A DNA stretch of 64,000 nucleotides, taken from contig CANHCU010000005.1 of NCBI GenBank assembly GCA_947459185.1, positions 7,161 to 71,160 of the forward strand, in the 5' to 3' direction. Below, in pieces: positions 41,146-50,218 of this stretch. A program made the translations under genes and the position numbers. The stretch is from Planctomycetaceae bacterium (GTDB taxonomy: Bacteria > Planctomycetota > Planctomycetia > Pirellulales > UBA1268). Every line of letters begins with the position of its first letter. The first letter of the stretch is position 1. The notes beneath the pieces were generated by a model, which was given only the letters and a program-made list of their open reading frames with translations, did not search any database and had not been told where the DNA came from.

Positions 41146-42099
41146 TCACTGCTGCTGGACCTCTTCCTCGTTGGAATACAGAGGCGCCGTCCGCAACACG
41201 GAGTGCTCGGGAGCGTCGAGCGGTGCCAGTTGATCGTGCCACGAAAGGGAGGGCAGGCGATCGAGTGTCCGGGTGGCGACGCGGACCTTGATGCGTTCGT
41301 CGCCGGCACCACGGTAGATGCCCTTGTTGGGCGGCACGTCGGTGAAGTCCCTGCCCACCGCCGTCTTCACGAAATGCCCGCTCACGGGGCAACCGTTCGT
41401 GGGATCGAATCCCGTCCAGCCGACATCGGGCAGCCAGACCTCACACCAGGCATGGCTCTGCGACTCCTTGTTCTCTCGGTGGATGTAGCCGCTGACATAG
41501 CGGGCGGGAACGCCGTACGACCGCAGCACGGCGATCATCAGGTGGGTGAAATCCTGGCAGACTCCCTTGCCTCGCGTCAGCAGATGCTCGATGGGCGAAG
41601 TGGCATCGGTCACATCGCGGGCATACTCGAAACGTCCGCGGATGTACTCGGCGACCTGGCAGACCCACATGCCGACCCGCATTCTTGGCATCGGCCGCAA
41701 TTCTGCCAGCACCGGGTCCAAGAGCGGCGTGGCTCGTGCTGGCCCCCGGAGCGGCAGGTAGTCGATCGCTTCGAGCGGCAAGAGCCAGTCGTCACCGGTG
41801 GCATCGGCTGAAAAAGTTGTCTGGCTGGCCATCGGGCCGATTCCCGTATCCTCCGTCTCCACGACGCTGGCGGCGAGGATCCGCAGGATCGTGGGCGGTT
41901 TGAGGAGGTTGAAATGGTGCACGCGGTTGCCGAACCCATCGAGATAGTGGCTGAACGTCACCGGCTGGCCGACGCTGATCTGGAAGGAATGGCATCGCTG
42001 CGTGGCATCGCTCACCGGCTCCATCCGCAGTTCGCAGAGCCATTCGCTCACCGGCTGCGAATACTCCATCGATGTTTCGTGCTGGATTTCCAAAATCAT
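41146..42099 (-). CDS. Bacterial transglutaminase-like protein
   Basis: I.HET..EY N-domain; catalytic GVCQDF, HAW and FDPTN; GRD..DV.P..G. Confidence 0.92.
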   Translation of the reverse strand: MILEIQHETSMEYSQPVSEWLCELRMEPVSDATQRCHSFQISVGQPVTFSHYLDGFGNRVHHFNLLKPPTILRILAASVVETEDTGIGPMASQTTFSADATGDDWLLPLEAIDYLPLRGPARATPLLDPVLAELRPMPRMRVGMWVCQVAEYIRGRFEYARDVTDATSPIEHLLTRGKGVCQDFTHLMIAVLRSYGVPARYVSGYIHRENKESQSHAWCEVWLPDVGWTGFDPTNGCPVSGHFVKTAVGRDFTDVPPNKGIYRGAGDERIKVRVATRTLDRLPSLSWHDQLAPLDAPEHSVLRTAPLYSNEEEVQQQ

Positions 42100-42135
42100 C
42101 GAACAATCTCCATCGAAGCTTCTTTATGCCGGCAT

Positions 42136-43086
42136 TTATTGCAGGGCGTATTGTTGTTGAAGCAGGCTCCCGATCCGCGCGCAGCGAGTGAGGGCGTTGC
42201 CGAGGAACGAGTGCAGCCGCTCGCCGTCGAGGGCCTCGCCCTCGAGATAGACCAGATCGCTCAGCAGCCGGCCGACCGTGCGAACCACCTCATCGTCGCA
42301 CCGGTCGGGGAGCCGGCCGCTGATCTCGGTGAGTGACTGCTGGATCCGCGACAAGCAAAACCGCACCGAGTGCGGGAAGTCTGGGTTCGTGAGAAGAAAC
42401 TCCACCACCCGCTCGGGCTCGACGCGGCTGATGTAGAGACGTTGGTAGGCCTCGTAGGCGGCGCAATTCTTGAGCACCGCGCCCCACTGCAGGTTGTTGA
42501 TCGGCAGGTCGGCAGCGTCTGACCGCTCGAGGAGTCCGAACTTGGAGTCGAGGATCCGCAGCACCTTCTCCGCCCGCTCCAGATGCCGGCCGAGCTGGAT
42601 AAAGTGCCAGCCCTCGTCGTGCATGAGCGTCGCCTCGCACACGCCGTGAAAGAGGAGCACGCCGATCTGCGTCTCTTCGCAGAAATCGTGCGGCGACTCC
42701 GCCACCCGCGCCGGCAGACCGGCATCGGAGAGTCGCCAGTAGAGCTTGTTCAGCTCCCGCCACATCGGCGGGCTGATCGAGCCGCGGATGCTGCGGGCAT
42801 TGTTGCGGGAGCGGTTCACGCACGACATCACGCTGCCGGGATTGGCCATGTCGAGCAGAAGCCATCGTTGCACCGCACCGACGGGATGCTCGCCATCGCG
42901 GATCTGCGGCGGCGGCTGCCGCAGCAGCGACAGCAGCGCGTTCCACTCGAGTTCCACCGGATTGGCAAGCACGCCATGGAGATCGAGGTCGAGTTGGAAG
43001 GTGACATCGACCGCCCGCGCAAGATGGTCCGCCCGCTCGAGGTAGCGGCTCATCCAAAACAGCGCGTCGGCAACCCGGCTGAGCAT
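42136..43086 (-). CDS. Alpha-E domain protein (DUF403)
   Basis: MLSRVAD.LFWM.RYLERA, R.NAR..R, LGR.LERA tandem ER motifs. Confidence 0.93.
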   Translation of the reverse strand: MLSRVADALFWMSRYLERADHLARAVDVTFQLDLDLHGVLANPVELEWNALLSLLRQPPPQIRDGEHPVGAVQRWLLLDMANPGSVMSCVNRSRNNARSIRGSISPPMWRELNKLYWRLSDAGLPARVAESPHDFCEETQIGVLLFHGVCEATLMHDEGWHFIQLGRHLERAEKVLRILDSKFGLLERSDAADLPINNLQWGAVLKNCAAYEAYQRLYISRVEPERVVEFLLTNPDFPHSVRFCLSRIQQSLTEISGRLPDRCDDEVVRTVGRLLSDLVYLEGEALDGERLHSFLGNALTRCARIGSLLQQQYALQ

Positions 43087-43093
43087 GCGATCC

Positions 43094-44635
43094 TCACGGT
43101 GTCGGGGGGCCGGGGGGAGTCCTGTCGGCAAGGATCCACGTGTCCTTGCTGCCACCCCCCTGGGAGCTGTTGACGACCAAACTGCCCTTGGGAAGTGCCA
43201 CACGCGTCAGGCCGCCGGGCGTCACCGTCACCCGCTCGCCACAGAGCACGAACGGCCGCAGGTCGAGGTGGCGGCCCTCGAAGCGGCCATCGACGAAGGT
43301 GGGATGCGTGGAGAGTTGGATCGTGGGCTGCGCGATGAAGTCCCGTGGATTCGCCTGGATCATGCGGCGGAATTCATCCCGCTGCTCCTTCGTTGACGCG
43401 GGGCCGACGAGCATCCCGTAGCCCCCCGATTCATTGACCCGCTTCACGACGAGCTTCTCGAGGTTTTCGAGCACGTGGCTGCGGTGCGCCGGAATCTCCG
43501 GGCGGAACGTCTCGACGTTGTTGAGCAGCGGTTCCTGCTTGAGGTAGTAGCGGATCATGTCGGGCACGAACGGGTAGATTCCCTTGTCGTCGGCGATGCC
43601 GGTGCCGATGCTGTTGGCGAGTGCCACCGTGCCGGCGCGGTAGGCATTCACGAGCCCAGGCACGCCGAGGGCGCTGTCTGGCCGGAACGTCAGCGGATCG
43701 AGGAAGTCGTCGTCGATCCGGCGGTAGATGACATCGACCCGCTGGCGGCCCCGCGTCGTCCGCATGAAGACGCGATTCCCATCGACGAGCAGATCCCGCC
43801 CTTCGACCAGTTCGATTCCCATCCGCTGGGCGAGGAAGCTGTGTTCGAAGTAGGCGGAGTTGTACATGCCCGGGCTGAGCAGCACTGCCGTGGGCTGCGA
43901 TGCCGATTCCGGTGCGATGTATTGCAGCACATCGAGAAGGGCTGCCGGATAGTCGTCGTTGGGGAGCACGTCGTAGTCGTTGAACAGCGACGGGAAGACC
44001 CGCTTGATGACCTGCCGGTTCTGCAGCATGTAGCTGACGCCCGACGGCGTGCGGGCGTTGTCCTCGAGCACGAGATACTCGCCGTCGGCGGCACGGATCA
44101 GGTCGGTGCCGCAGATGTGGATGTAGATCCGGCGCGGCACGTTGACGCCGACGAATTCGCGGCGGAAAAACGCCCCCTGCAGCACGCGCCCGGCCGGCAC
44201 CACGCCGTCCCGCAGGATGTGCTGTTCGTGATAGACATCCCAGAGAAAGAGGTTGAGTGCGTTGATACGCTGCGTGAGGCCCGCCTCGACCTGCCGCCAT
44301 TCCGAGGCCGGAATGATCCGCGGCACCGGGTCCATCGGCCATACCCGCTCGATCCCCTCCTCGGCGCGATAGACCGTGAAGCCCACGCCGTCCTGCCGCA
44401 TCGAGAGGTCGGTCATCGCCTTGCGACGGCGGAAGTCCTCGGCGGTTGTTTGGAGAAGACGTTCGTGGAGCGGCTGATAGTGGGGACGTGCCGCCGGCCC
44501 ATCGGCGTGGATCGCGCCGAACATCTCGTCGTAGGCCGCGCCGAGTTCATAGCCGGCAAACAGGCCTTCCTGCACGGAAAGTGCGCACTCCGTGCCCGAA
44601 CGAGGGGCAGCGGCCGCGAGTTGGTGGGACATCAT
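43094..44635 (-). CDS. Circularly permuted type 2 ATP-grasp protein (DUF404/407)
   Basis: [61 protein letters not shown]. Confidence 0.95.
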   Translation of the reverse strand: MMSHQLAAAAPRSGTECALSVQEGLFAGYELGAAYDEMFGAIHADGPAARPHYQPLHERLLQTTAEDFRRRKAMTDLSMRQDGVGFTVYRAEEGIERVWPMDPVPRIIPASEWRQVEAGLTQRINALNLFLWDVYHEQHILRDGVVPAGRVLQGAFFRREFVGVNVPRRIYIHICGTDLIRAADGEYLVLEDNARTPSGVSYMLQNRQVIKRVFPSLFNDYDVLPNDDYPAALLDVLQYIAPESASQPTAVLLSPGMYNSAYFEHSFLAQRMGIELVEGRDLLVDGNRVFMRTTRGRQRVDVIYRRIDDDFLDPLTFRPDSALGVPGLVNAYRAGTVALANSIGTGIADDKGIYPFVPDMIRYYLKQEPLLNNVETFRPEIPAHRSHVLENLEKLVVKRVNESGGYGMLVGPASTKEQRDEFRRMIQANPRDFIAQPTIQLSTHPTFVDGRFEGRHLDLRPFVLCGERVTVTPGGLTRVALPKGSLVVNSSQGGGSKDTWILADRTPPGPPTP

Positions 44636-44647
44636 CCGCCCATTTCC

Positions 44648-44694
44648 TTGACGAAAACACCCTGTCCGTTAGTCTGCGACTCCGACGGACTCTA
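44648..44694. promoter_or_regulatory. Candidate overlapping divergent promoters
   Basis: Plus strand TTGACG-N16-TAGTCT (44648-44675); minus strand TG-G-TAGAGT with the -10 at 44689-44694. Confidence 0.4.
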
Positions 44695-44738
44695 CCACAG
44701 CAAGTTTCGCGCCACTTTCAAGATCAGCGGAGGATTCG

Positions 44739-45530
44739 ATGACTTACTGTGTCGGGATTCGGACCCATCAGGGGCTCGTGCTGGCCTCCGATTCGCGGAC
44801 GAACTCGGGGATCGACCAGGTGGAAGTCTGTCGCAAGATGCACACGTTCGTCATTCCTGGAGAGCGGATGTTCACCATTCTCTCCAGTGGCAGCCTGTCG
44901 CTGACCCAGTCGGTGATGACCCGACTGGACCAGGACTTTCGAGCCGGCGATGGCCTCGCGAGCGCTGCCAACTTCTACGAGGCCGCCCGCTGCGTCGGGC
45001 AACAGGTCCGCGCCGTCGGAGCGCTCGACCGGGAATTTATGGAGCGGGACAACATCAACTTCTCGGTCAATCTGCTCGTCGGCGGGCAGATTCGGGGCGA
45101 GTCGCCGCAGCTTTATCTGATCTACGCCCAGGGGAACCCCCTTCGCTGCACGCGACTGTCGCCGTTCCTGCAGATCGGCGAGAGCAAGTATGGGCGACCC
45201 ATCCTCGACCGGGGCATCCGCTTCGGGGAAACCACTCTCGATCAGGCGGTGACCTATGCCATCATCTCGCTCGACTCGACGATGCGGTCAAACGTGGCCG
45301 TGGGTCCGCCGATCGATCTGCTCGTGTATGCCAACGACGACCTCTCGGTAAAACGCTATCGCCGTCTCGATGCCAGCGATCCGGCGCTCGGCGAGATTCG
45401 CTCCAGTTGGGAGCAGGCGCTGCGGCACGCGATCAAGACGGTGCCGCAGATCCATTTCGACGACACGGCACCCCAGGAGCAGTTGGGCGTGGCCTTCATC
45501 CGGCCGGCCGGCAGCGGTGGTGCGATCTAG
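44739..45530 (+). CDS. Anbu (proteasome beta-like Ntn peptidase)
   Basis: MTYCVG (Thr1 nucleophile), SDSRTN.G.D, GGQI.G, QIGE.KYG.PILDR, S.DSTMRSN..VG.P.D. Confidence 0.93.
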   Translation: MTYCVGIRTHQGLVLASDSRTNSGIDQVEVCRKMHTFVIPGERMFTILSSGSLSLTQSVMTRLDQDFRAGDGLASAANFYEAARCVGQQVRAVGALDREFMERDNINFSVNLLVGGQIRGESPQLYLIYAQGNPLRCTRLSPFLQIGESKYGRPILDRGIRFGETTLDQAVTYAIISLDSTMRSNVAVGPPIDLLVYANDDLSVKRYRRLDASDPALGEIRSSWEQALRHAIKTVPQIHFDDTAPQEQLGVAFIRPAGSGGAI

Positions 45531-45608
45531 GGTCGCCGGCTGTCTTCACGAAAAACACCGCATCGTGCGAAGCACTCTTGGAGGAGCGAACCCTCGCTGT
45601 CGTCCGCT

Positions 45609-45740
45609 TTCCCTTACTTGCGCTGCGGGCTTGGATGAAGAACTGCCCCATGCAAGCCCGAAGCGCAAGCGAGAGGAATCCGCGTTCCATCTCCGCGGGG
45701 GCCATGCGTATTCCCTTGCTTGCGCTGCGGGCTTGGATGA
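45609..45740. repeat. Three alternating REP-like hairpins (cluster 6, BIME-like)
   Basis: Unit A on -, unit B on +, unit A on -, matching the 529-619 units. Confidence 0.8.
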
Positions 45741-45771
45741 AACCGGTAGGCGCGGCGCGGGCCGAAAGATG

Positions 45772-46488
45772 TCATGCTGGATCGCAGACGCCGCGGCCGG
45801 CGCGGAGGCGGCGTGCTTCGGCGTCGAGTTCGCGGATTCGGGCAGCACAGAGTTCGAAGATCTCCCTCTCGTCGAGTGTGGCGATCTCGGCGGCCGGAAT
45901 CACTCGACCAAACTCCAGCCGGATACGGCCCGGCCGGGGCAGAAGCCGGGTCCGGGGCCAGCACTCGTACGCCCCAACGATCGCCACCGGCACGATCGGC
46001 ACGTCGGCCTTCTTCGCCAGCAGCGCGAAGCCGCTTTTGATCTCACCCAACTGGCCTGTGCTGGTTCGCGTGCCCTCCGGAAAGATGACCACGGCGCGGC
46101 CGGCCCGCAGACGGCCGATCAGGGCCTTCATGGTCTTCACCATCGAAGCGTTGCGATCGATCGGCACGGCGTCGAGCGCCGTGATCACCGCCGCAAACGG
46201 TTTGAAGTGGTAGAGCGAACTTCGGGCCAGGGTTGACAGCCTGCGATCGGTCGCCAGCCCGAGCAGAAGCGGGTCGAGATGGCTCTGATGGCTCGACACC
46301 ACGAGCAGCCCACCCTGTCGCGGCAGCGGCTCGGCGAACCGCACGCGGAATCCGAACATGGAGACCCCCAGCGTGCGACAGAGTACCCACAGCAAGTCAT
46401 ACAGCCAGCGGCCCAACATGCTGTGGCCTGCGGCGACGGCCGTTCCGCCGCGGGCGTCGTGAGCGGTGGAGTCATGGGAATCGTTCAT
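45772..46488 (-). CDS. plsC: 1-acyl-sn-glycerol-3-phosphate acyltransferase family protein
   Basis: HQSHLD (HX4D), PIDR, FPEGTR, VPIVPV; ATGA overlap with cmk. Confidence 0.88.
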   Translation of the reverse strand: MNDSHDSTAHDARGGTAVAAGHSMLGRWLYDLLWVLCRTLGVSMFGFRVRFAEPLPRQGGLLVVSSHQSHLDPLLLGLATDRRLSTLARSSLYHFKPFAAVITALDAVPIDRNASMVKTMKALIGRLRAGRAVVIFPEGTRTSTGQLGEIKSGFALLAKKADVPIVPVAIVGAYECWPRTRLLPRPGRIRLEFGRVIPAAEIATLDEREIFELCAARIRELDAEARRLRAGRGVCDPA

Positions 46489-47150
46489 GGCTGCTCCCGG
46501 CTGCGACGGCATGCCTCGGCCAGCTCGGCCAATCGCTGCACCACCTCCTCGGCTGACATTCCGTCGGTCTCCAGAAGCACGGCATCGTCGGCCTGCCGCA
46601 TCGCGCCCACGGGCCGCGAGCAGTCTGCGTCATCCCGCCGCGACTGCGACTCGAGCACGGACTCGAGCGTCGGGGCATGGCCGCGGCCGAGTTCCTCGCG
46701 ATGACGTCGCCGGGCACGCTCCGCGGGCGAGGCGGTGAGGAACACCTTCAGTTCCGCCTGCGGAAATACCACCGAGCCCTGATCGCGTCCCTCGGTGACG
46801 ACATCGATCCCCTCCGCCATGCGGCGCTGGATCCGCTTCATCGCCTCGCGGACCGGCGGGGCATCGGCCACCGGCCGCGTCGCCGCGGTGATCTCTTCTG
46901 TGCGGATTTCCACCGAGACGTCGCGGCCGTCAACGTTGACGCGGCCATCGCGAAACTCGATGCGGACCTCCTCGGCAAGCACGGCGATGCGGGGCGAATC
47001 GTCGAGCGGGATGCCCCGTTCGAGCGCCGTCAGCGCCACGGCACGATACATCGCGCCGGTATCCATGTAGCACCAGCCCAGCCGGGTGGCGAGCGCGCGG
47101 GCGGCGGAACTCTTGCCGGCGCCGGCCGGCCCGTCGAGCGTGATGATCAT
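46485..47150 (-). CDS. cmk: Cytidylate kinase
   Basis: ITLDGPAGAGKSS, DTGAMYR, EGRDQG..VFP.A..K.FLTA. Confidence 0.95.
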   Translation of the reverse strand: MIITLDGPAGAGKSSAARALATRLGWCYMDTGAMYRAVALTALERGIPLDDSPRIAVLAEEVRIEFRDGRVNVDGRDVSVEIRTEEITAATRPVADAPPVREAMKRIQRRMAEGIDVVTEGRDQGSVVFPQAELKVFLTASPAERARRRHREELGRGHAPTLESVLESQSRRDDADCSRPVGAMRQADDAVLLETDGMSAEEVVQRLAELAEACRRSREQP

Positions 47151-49774
47151 CGGTGAAACTCCAGGTCAAGATGCCGCCACTGATACCGCTTGAGATCCAG
47201 CGTGATCGAACGTCCGTCGATTGTCACGCCATCCACGGCCGATGCGTGATCCACTCGATCGGAGAGCTGCCTGCCAGCAGCATCGCAGGGGACGGCCCGG
47301 GCCACCTCGGCGGCACATTCCAGCCGCACCTCGCCCGCACGGCCGGCCGATTCCAGCAGGCCAATCCGCGCCGCCACGACGCGGCCTCCCTCCTGCCTCA
47401 CCGGCCCGACCGTCAGGCGCACGTTGTCGGCGACCGCCGGCTCGGCCAACACCGTCCGAAACGACGCGGTGGGCGACTCCGCCAACAGGGCAGTCGCCAG
47501 ATCCCAAGGCCGTTTGAGACCGACTCCGACCGCCAACCGGTGCACGAGGCGGCCAGCTGATCTCGTCGGCGGCTGATTCGGTGCTTCGATCGGTGGCTGG
47601 AATGGCAGGATCGAATCGAGCAGGTGGGGGCTTGATCGCACATGCCACGGGAGGCCGCCGGTGAGAATCGCCACGCGTCCGTCGCGATCGTCCGGGCTGC
47701 TGAGTTCGATGAACCAGGGGGCCGTGAACCGTCCTCGCTCGGTGGCGATCGACTGCGTGTGCAGGCTGCGATGGAGGGCGACATCCTCGTTTTCGTTCCA
47801 GGCAAAGCGGCAGGCTAGATGCTGCTCGAAGAGTGGTCCCCTGGGAGGCTCGAAGCCCCGTGCCTCGATGTCGATCAGCGCCAGAGGCAGTCCGGCGACG
47901 AGTTCGATTCGCTGAATGAACGATCCCACCTCGCGGTCTTTGTCGGCGATCAGACGGCCGCGACTCTCAATCACCTCGCCTCGTCCCTCGGCAGCAGGAA
48001 TCCGCCTGATCGAGTCGGCCCGCATGTCCGAATAAACAGCCCGTTCGCTGACGTCTTCCCACGGTGTGCCCGGCGAAGGCGACGGACGAGTCGTGCGCGC
48101 CGCCAGCCGCTGCGACAGCCGATTGCCGCGGTCGGTAGGCCGCCGGACGGAGAGCAGGCCACCGGTCTGCCGGTGCACCTGAATCCGCAGCGAAGCATGT
48201 TCGAGCACGAGGTCGTCGTCGGGCCGTCGGACCGCGTTCAACAGCGTGCCGAGCCCCCAGCCGGAGCGACCGGCCCTGACCGCGGCCCGCGGTGCCTGGG
48301 CGACGACCGAGGAGGTTTCACGGTGGAGGATGTCGCCAAGCGACTCGCGGGCGGCCATCAGGCGGCGAGCCTCGCCGCGGGCTGCGGCGACGCGGCTGGC
48401 GACGGCGTCTTGATGGCTGACTTCCGTGGAGGCTGTCGAAGGTGCGGCGGGGAGTCCAACCGGAAAGACATCCGGCTCGAAGGAGACCACCGTGCCTGCA
48501 CCCGCAGTGCGGCTGAACAGCTCGGGAGCCGTGACGAAGGTCCCCAGCACGGTGCTGGCGGCACCAATCCGCCGCAGCACGTCGAACCAGGGGCTGGCGG
48601 TGCCGGCGTGGTGGGCAAACTGGATGACGGCGGTGTGGTCGTGATCCATGGCATCGCCGATCCGCTCGGGCAGGGCGAGGATCGTCTGCGCGCGGCGGGC
48701 ATCCAGCGGGGCCTGGGCAACCCCGTCGATGCAGGCACCACCGGTGCCATCCCAACGGATGCGGCTGCCACCTGGATCGGGGAGCGCCGTGCCATCGAAA
48801 AGTGCCCAGATCACACCTGTGAAGCCGAGGCTGGTGAGCAGTTGCGGCAGGATCGCCGACGAACCGCCCGTCTGCTGGGCGTACGTGACAGGGACCGTGC
48901 CCACGATCTCCCGCCACACCGCGAGTCCGCGCTCGAACGAGCCGACGATCTCCTCGGGCGTGCACTCGTCGAGGAGCTGTGAGTCGTAGCGGCCGCCCGC
49001 CGGGGCGATCGTGCCGTCCGCAGACCGTTCCCGCACGCGGGCCAACGCCGCTGGATTGGTGGCCGCGAGCTTCTCGATCAGTCCACCGGTGGCGACCAGC
49101 GTCATCGGCACCGTCGCCTGAAGCTCGCCATCCAGCGCGTCGCCGAGCGTTGACTCGGCCAGCAGAACAATGTCGAGGATCCAGACATCCACCGGGTAGT
49201 AGTGTGCCCGCGTGGACTCGAGGAATCCGTAGCATTCCTTCAGGGCCGCTCGGGCTGCCTCCTCGTCGCCGCTGATCGCGGCCCTGGCCGCCCGCACGGT
49301 CGTGTCGGCGAAGTCGGTGCCATTCAGGTCGGCGGAGGACCGCATCCGCTGCGCCACCAGTTCGGCAAGCAATGTGGCCAGTCCAAGGGCGTGGAATTCG
49401 TCCGCCAGCCGCCCGCCCGGAAGCGGCTCCGCAATCGGGGTATCGCCAGCCAGCGCGGCCGCCGCTGCCGTGACGATGTTCGGGTGGCCTGTAACGCCAC
49501 GAACCCAGCACGATCCGGCCGTGCAGAGGGCGTCGGACTGCAGGGCGAATCGGTCATCCCACGGGGCGGGCACGATGCCCAGACTCGCGCGGTCGGCCGG
49601 CGGCAGGTCAACGCTTGCCCACCGAGGCACATCGCCCACGGTGGCGATCAGCCATGGGTGCCAGGCCGCTGTCCAGGCCGATAGCAACGCGTCGGCCTCC
49701 GCCTCATCCAGCCAGGTTGGAAAATCATGGAGGGAGTGGCAGGGAAGGAACACGGTGATGCGGTCGGGTTTCAT
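47147..49774 (-). CDS. Hypothetical protein, degenerate GH38 (alpha-mannosidase)-like architecture
   Basis: ~875-aa ORF with ATGA overlap into cmk. PCHS..D start, W.G..G..ID segment, beta-rich C-terminal region. The GH38 assignment is inference. Confidence 0.6.
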   Translation of the reverse strand: MKPDRITVFLPCHSLHDFPTWLDEAEADALLSAWTAAWHPWLIATVGDVPRWASVDLPPADRASLGIVPAPWDDRFALQSDALCTAGSCWVRGVTGHPNIVTAAAAALAGDTPIAEPLPGGRLADEFHALGLATLLAELVAQRMRSSADLNGTDFADTTVRAARAAISGDEEAARAALKECYGFLESTRAHYYPVDVWILDIVLLAESTLGDALDGELQATVPMTLVATGGLIEKLAATNPAALARVRERSADGTIAPAGGRYDSQLLDECTPEEIVGSFERGLAVWREIVGTVPVTYAQQTGGSSAILPQLLTSLGFTGVIWALFDGTALPDPGGSRIRWDGTGGACIDGVAQAPLDARRAQTILALPERIGDAMDHDHTAVIQFAHHAGTASPWFDVLRRIGAASTVLGTFVTAPELFSRTAGAGTVVSFEPDVFPVGLPAAPSTASTEVSHQDAVASRVAAARGEARRLMAARESLGDILHRETSSVVAQAPRAAVRAGRSGWGLGTLLNAVRRPDDDLVLEHASLRIQVHRQTGGLLSVRRPTDRGNRLSQRLAARTTRPSPSPGTPWEDVSERAVYSDMRADSIRRIPAAEGRGEVIESRGRLIADKDREVGSFIQRIELVAGLPLALIDIEARGFEPPRGPLFEQHLACRFAWNENEDVALHRSLHTQSIATERGRFTAPWFIELSSPDDRDGRVAILTGGLPWHVRSSPHLLDSILPFQPPIEAPNQPPTRSAGRLVHRLAVGVGLKRPWDLATALLAESPTASFRTVLAEPAVADNVRLTVGPVRQEGGRVVAARIGLLESAGRAGEVRLECAAEVARAVPCDAAGRQLSDRVDHASAVDGVTIDGRSITLDLKRYQWRHLDLEFHR

Positions 49775-49904
49775 GCCGACGAGTTTAGCGAAAGCGGAAA
49801 GCGAAAAGTTGAACTTCTGGCCCGGTGGGCCGGGTGAACACAAGCGACGTGCAGTCGCCAAGCAGGGGGCGGACAGGATGTCCGAGCCCGGCGCATGGAG
49901 GGGG

Positions 49905-50018
49905 GAGCCGGGATCGGCGGAAGCTCGACGAGCGTTGGAATTTCGCCCTGCCAGGATTTGCACTGGTCATACGCCCCACGGCGAAAGTCCCCGCGAAGGA
50001 GACTTCTGCCGTCCTGGC
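49905..50018 (+). repeat. ~115-nt element with imperfect terminal inverted repeats, copy A
   Basis: GAGCCGGGATCGGCGGAAGCTCG...GAGACTTCTGCCGTCCTGGC, colinear with 59342-59461. Confidence 0.7.
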
Positions 50019-50218
50019 GGTGCGTGACATGCGACCGCGACCCGTCGGCACGGGCTTCGCAAACTCCCGGACACGTTGAAAACTTGCCGCGACGGGGGCC
50101 AGTGAAGAGGCCCGTTTGACACCCCGCGCACATCACTCGTAAAGTGTTGATAGAGAAGCGTTTGATACGCTTTTGAGTTCCGGTCGAATCGCATCCCAAG
50201 GATGTTTTGGAAACGGTC

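Noticed and set aside
45609-45740. REP clusters as a CRISPR mini-array or integron attC sites
   Set aside because: Units alternate in orientation, lack RYYYAAC/GTTRRRY ends, and no integrase is present.
43475-46213. 912-aa plus-strand ORF, and similar long ORFs at 1082-2530, 8009-9895, 29957-31309, 50447-52507 and 60814-62175
   Set aside because: Antisense or off-frame shadows of well-supported genes in high-GC DNA, with no recognisable motifs.
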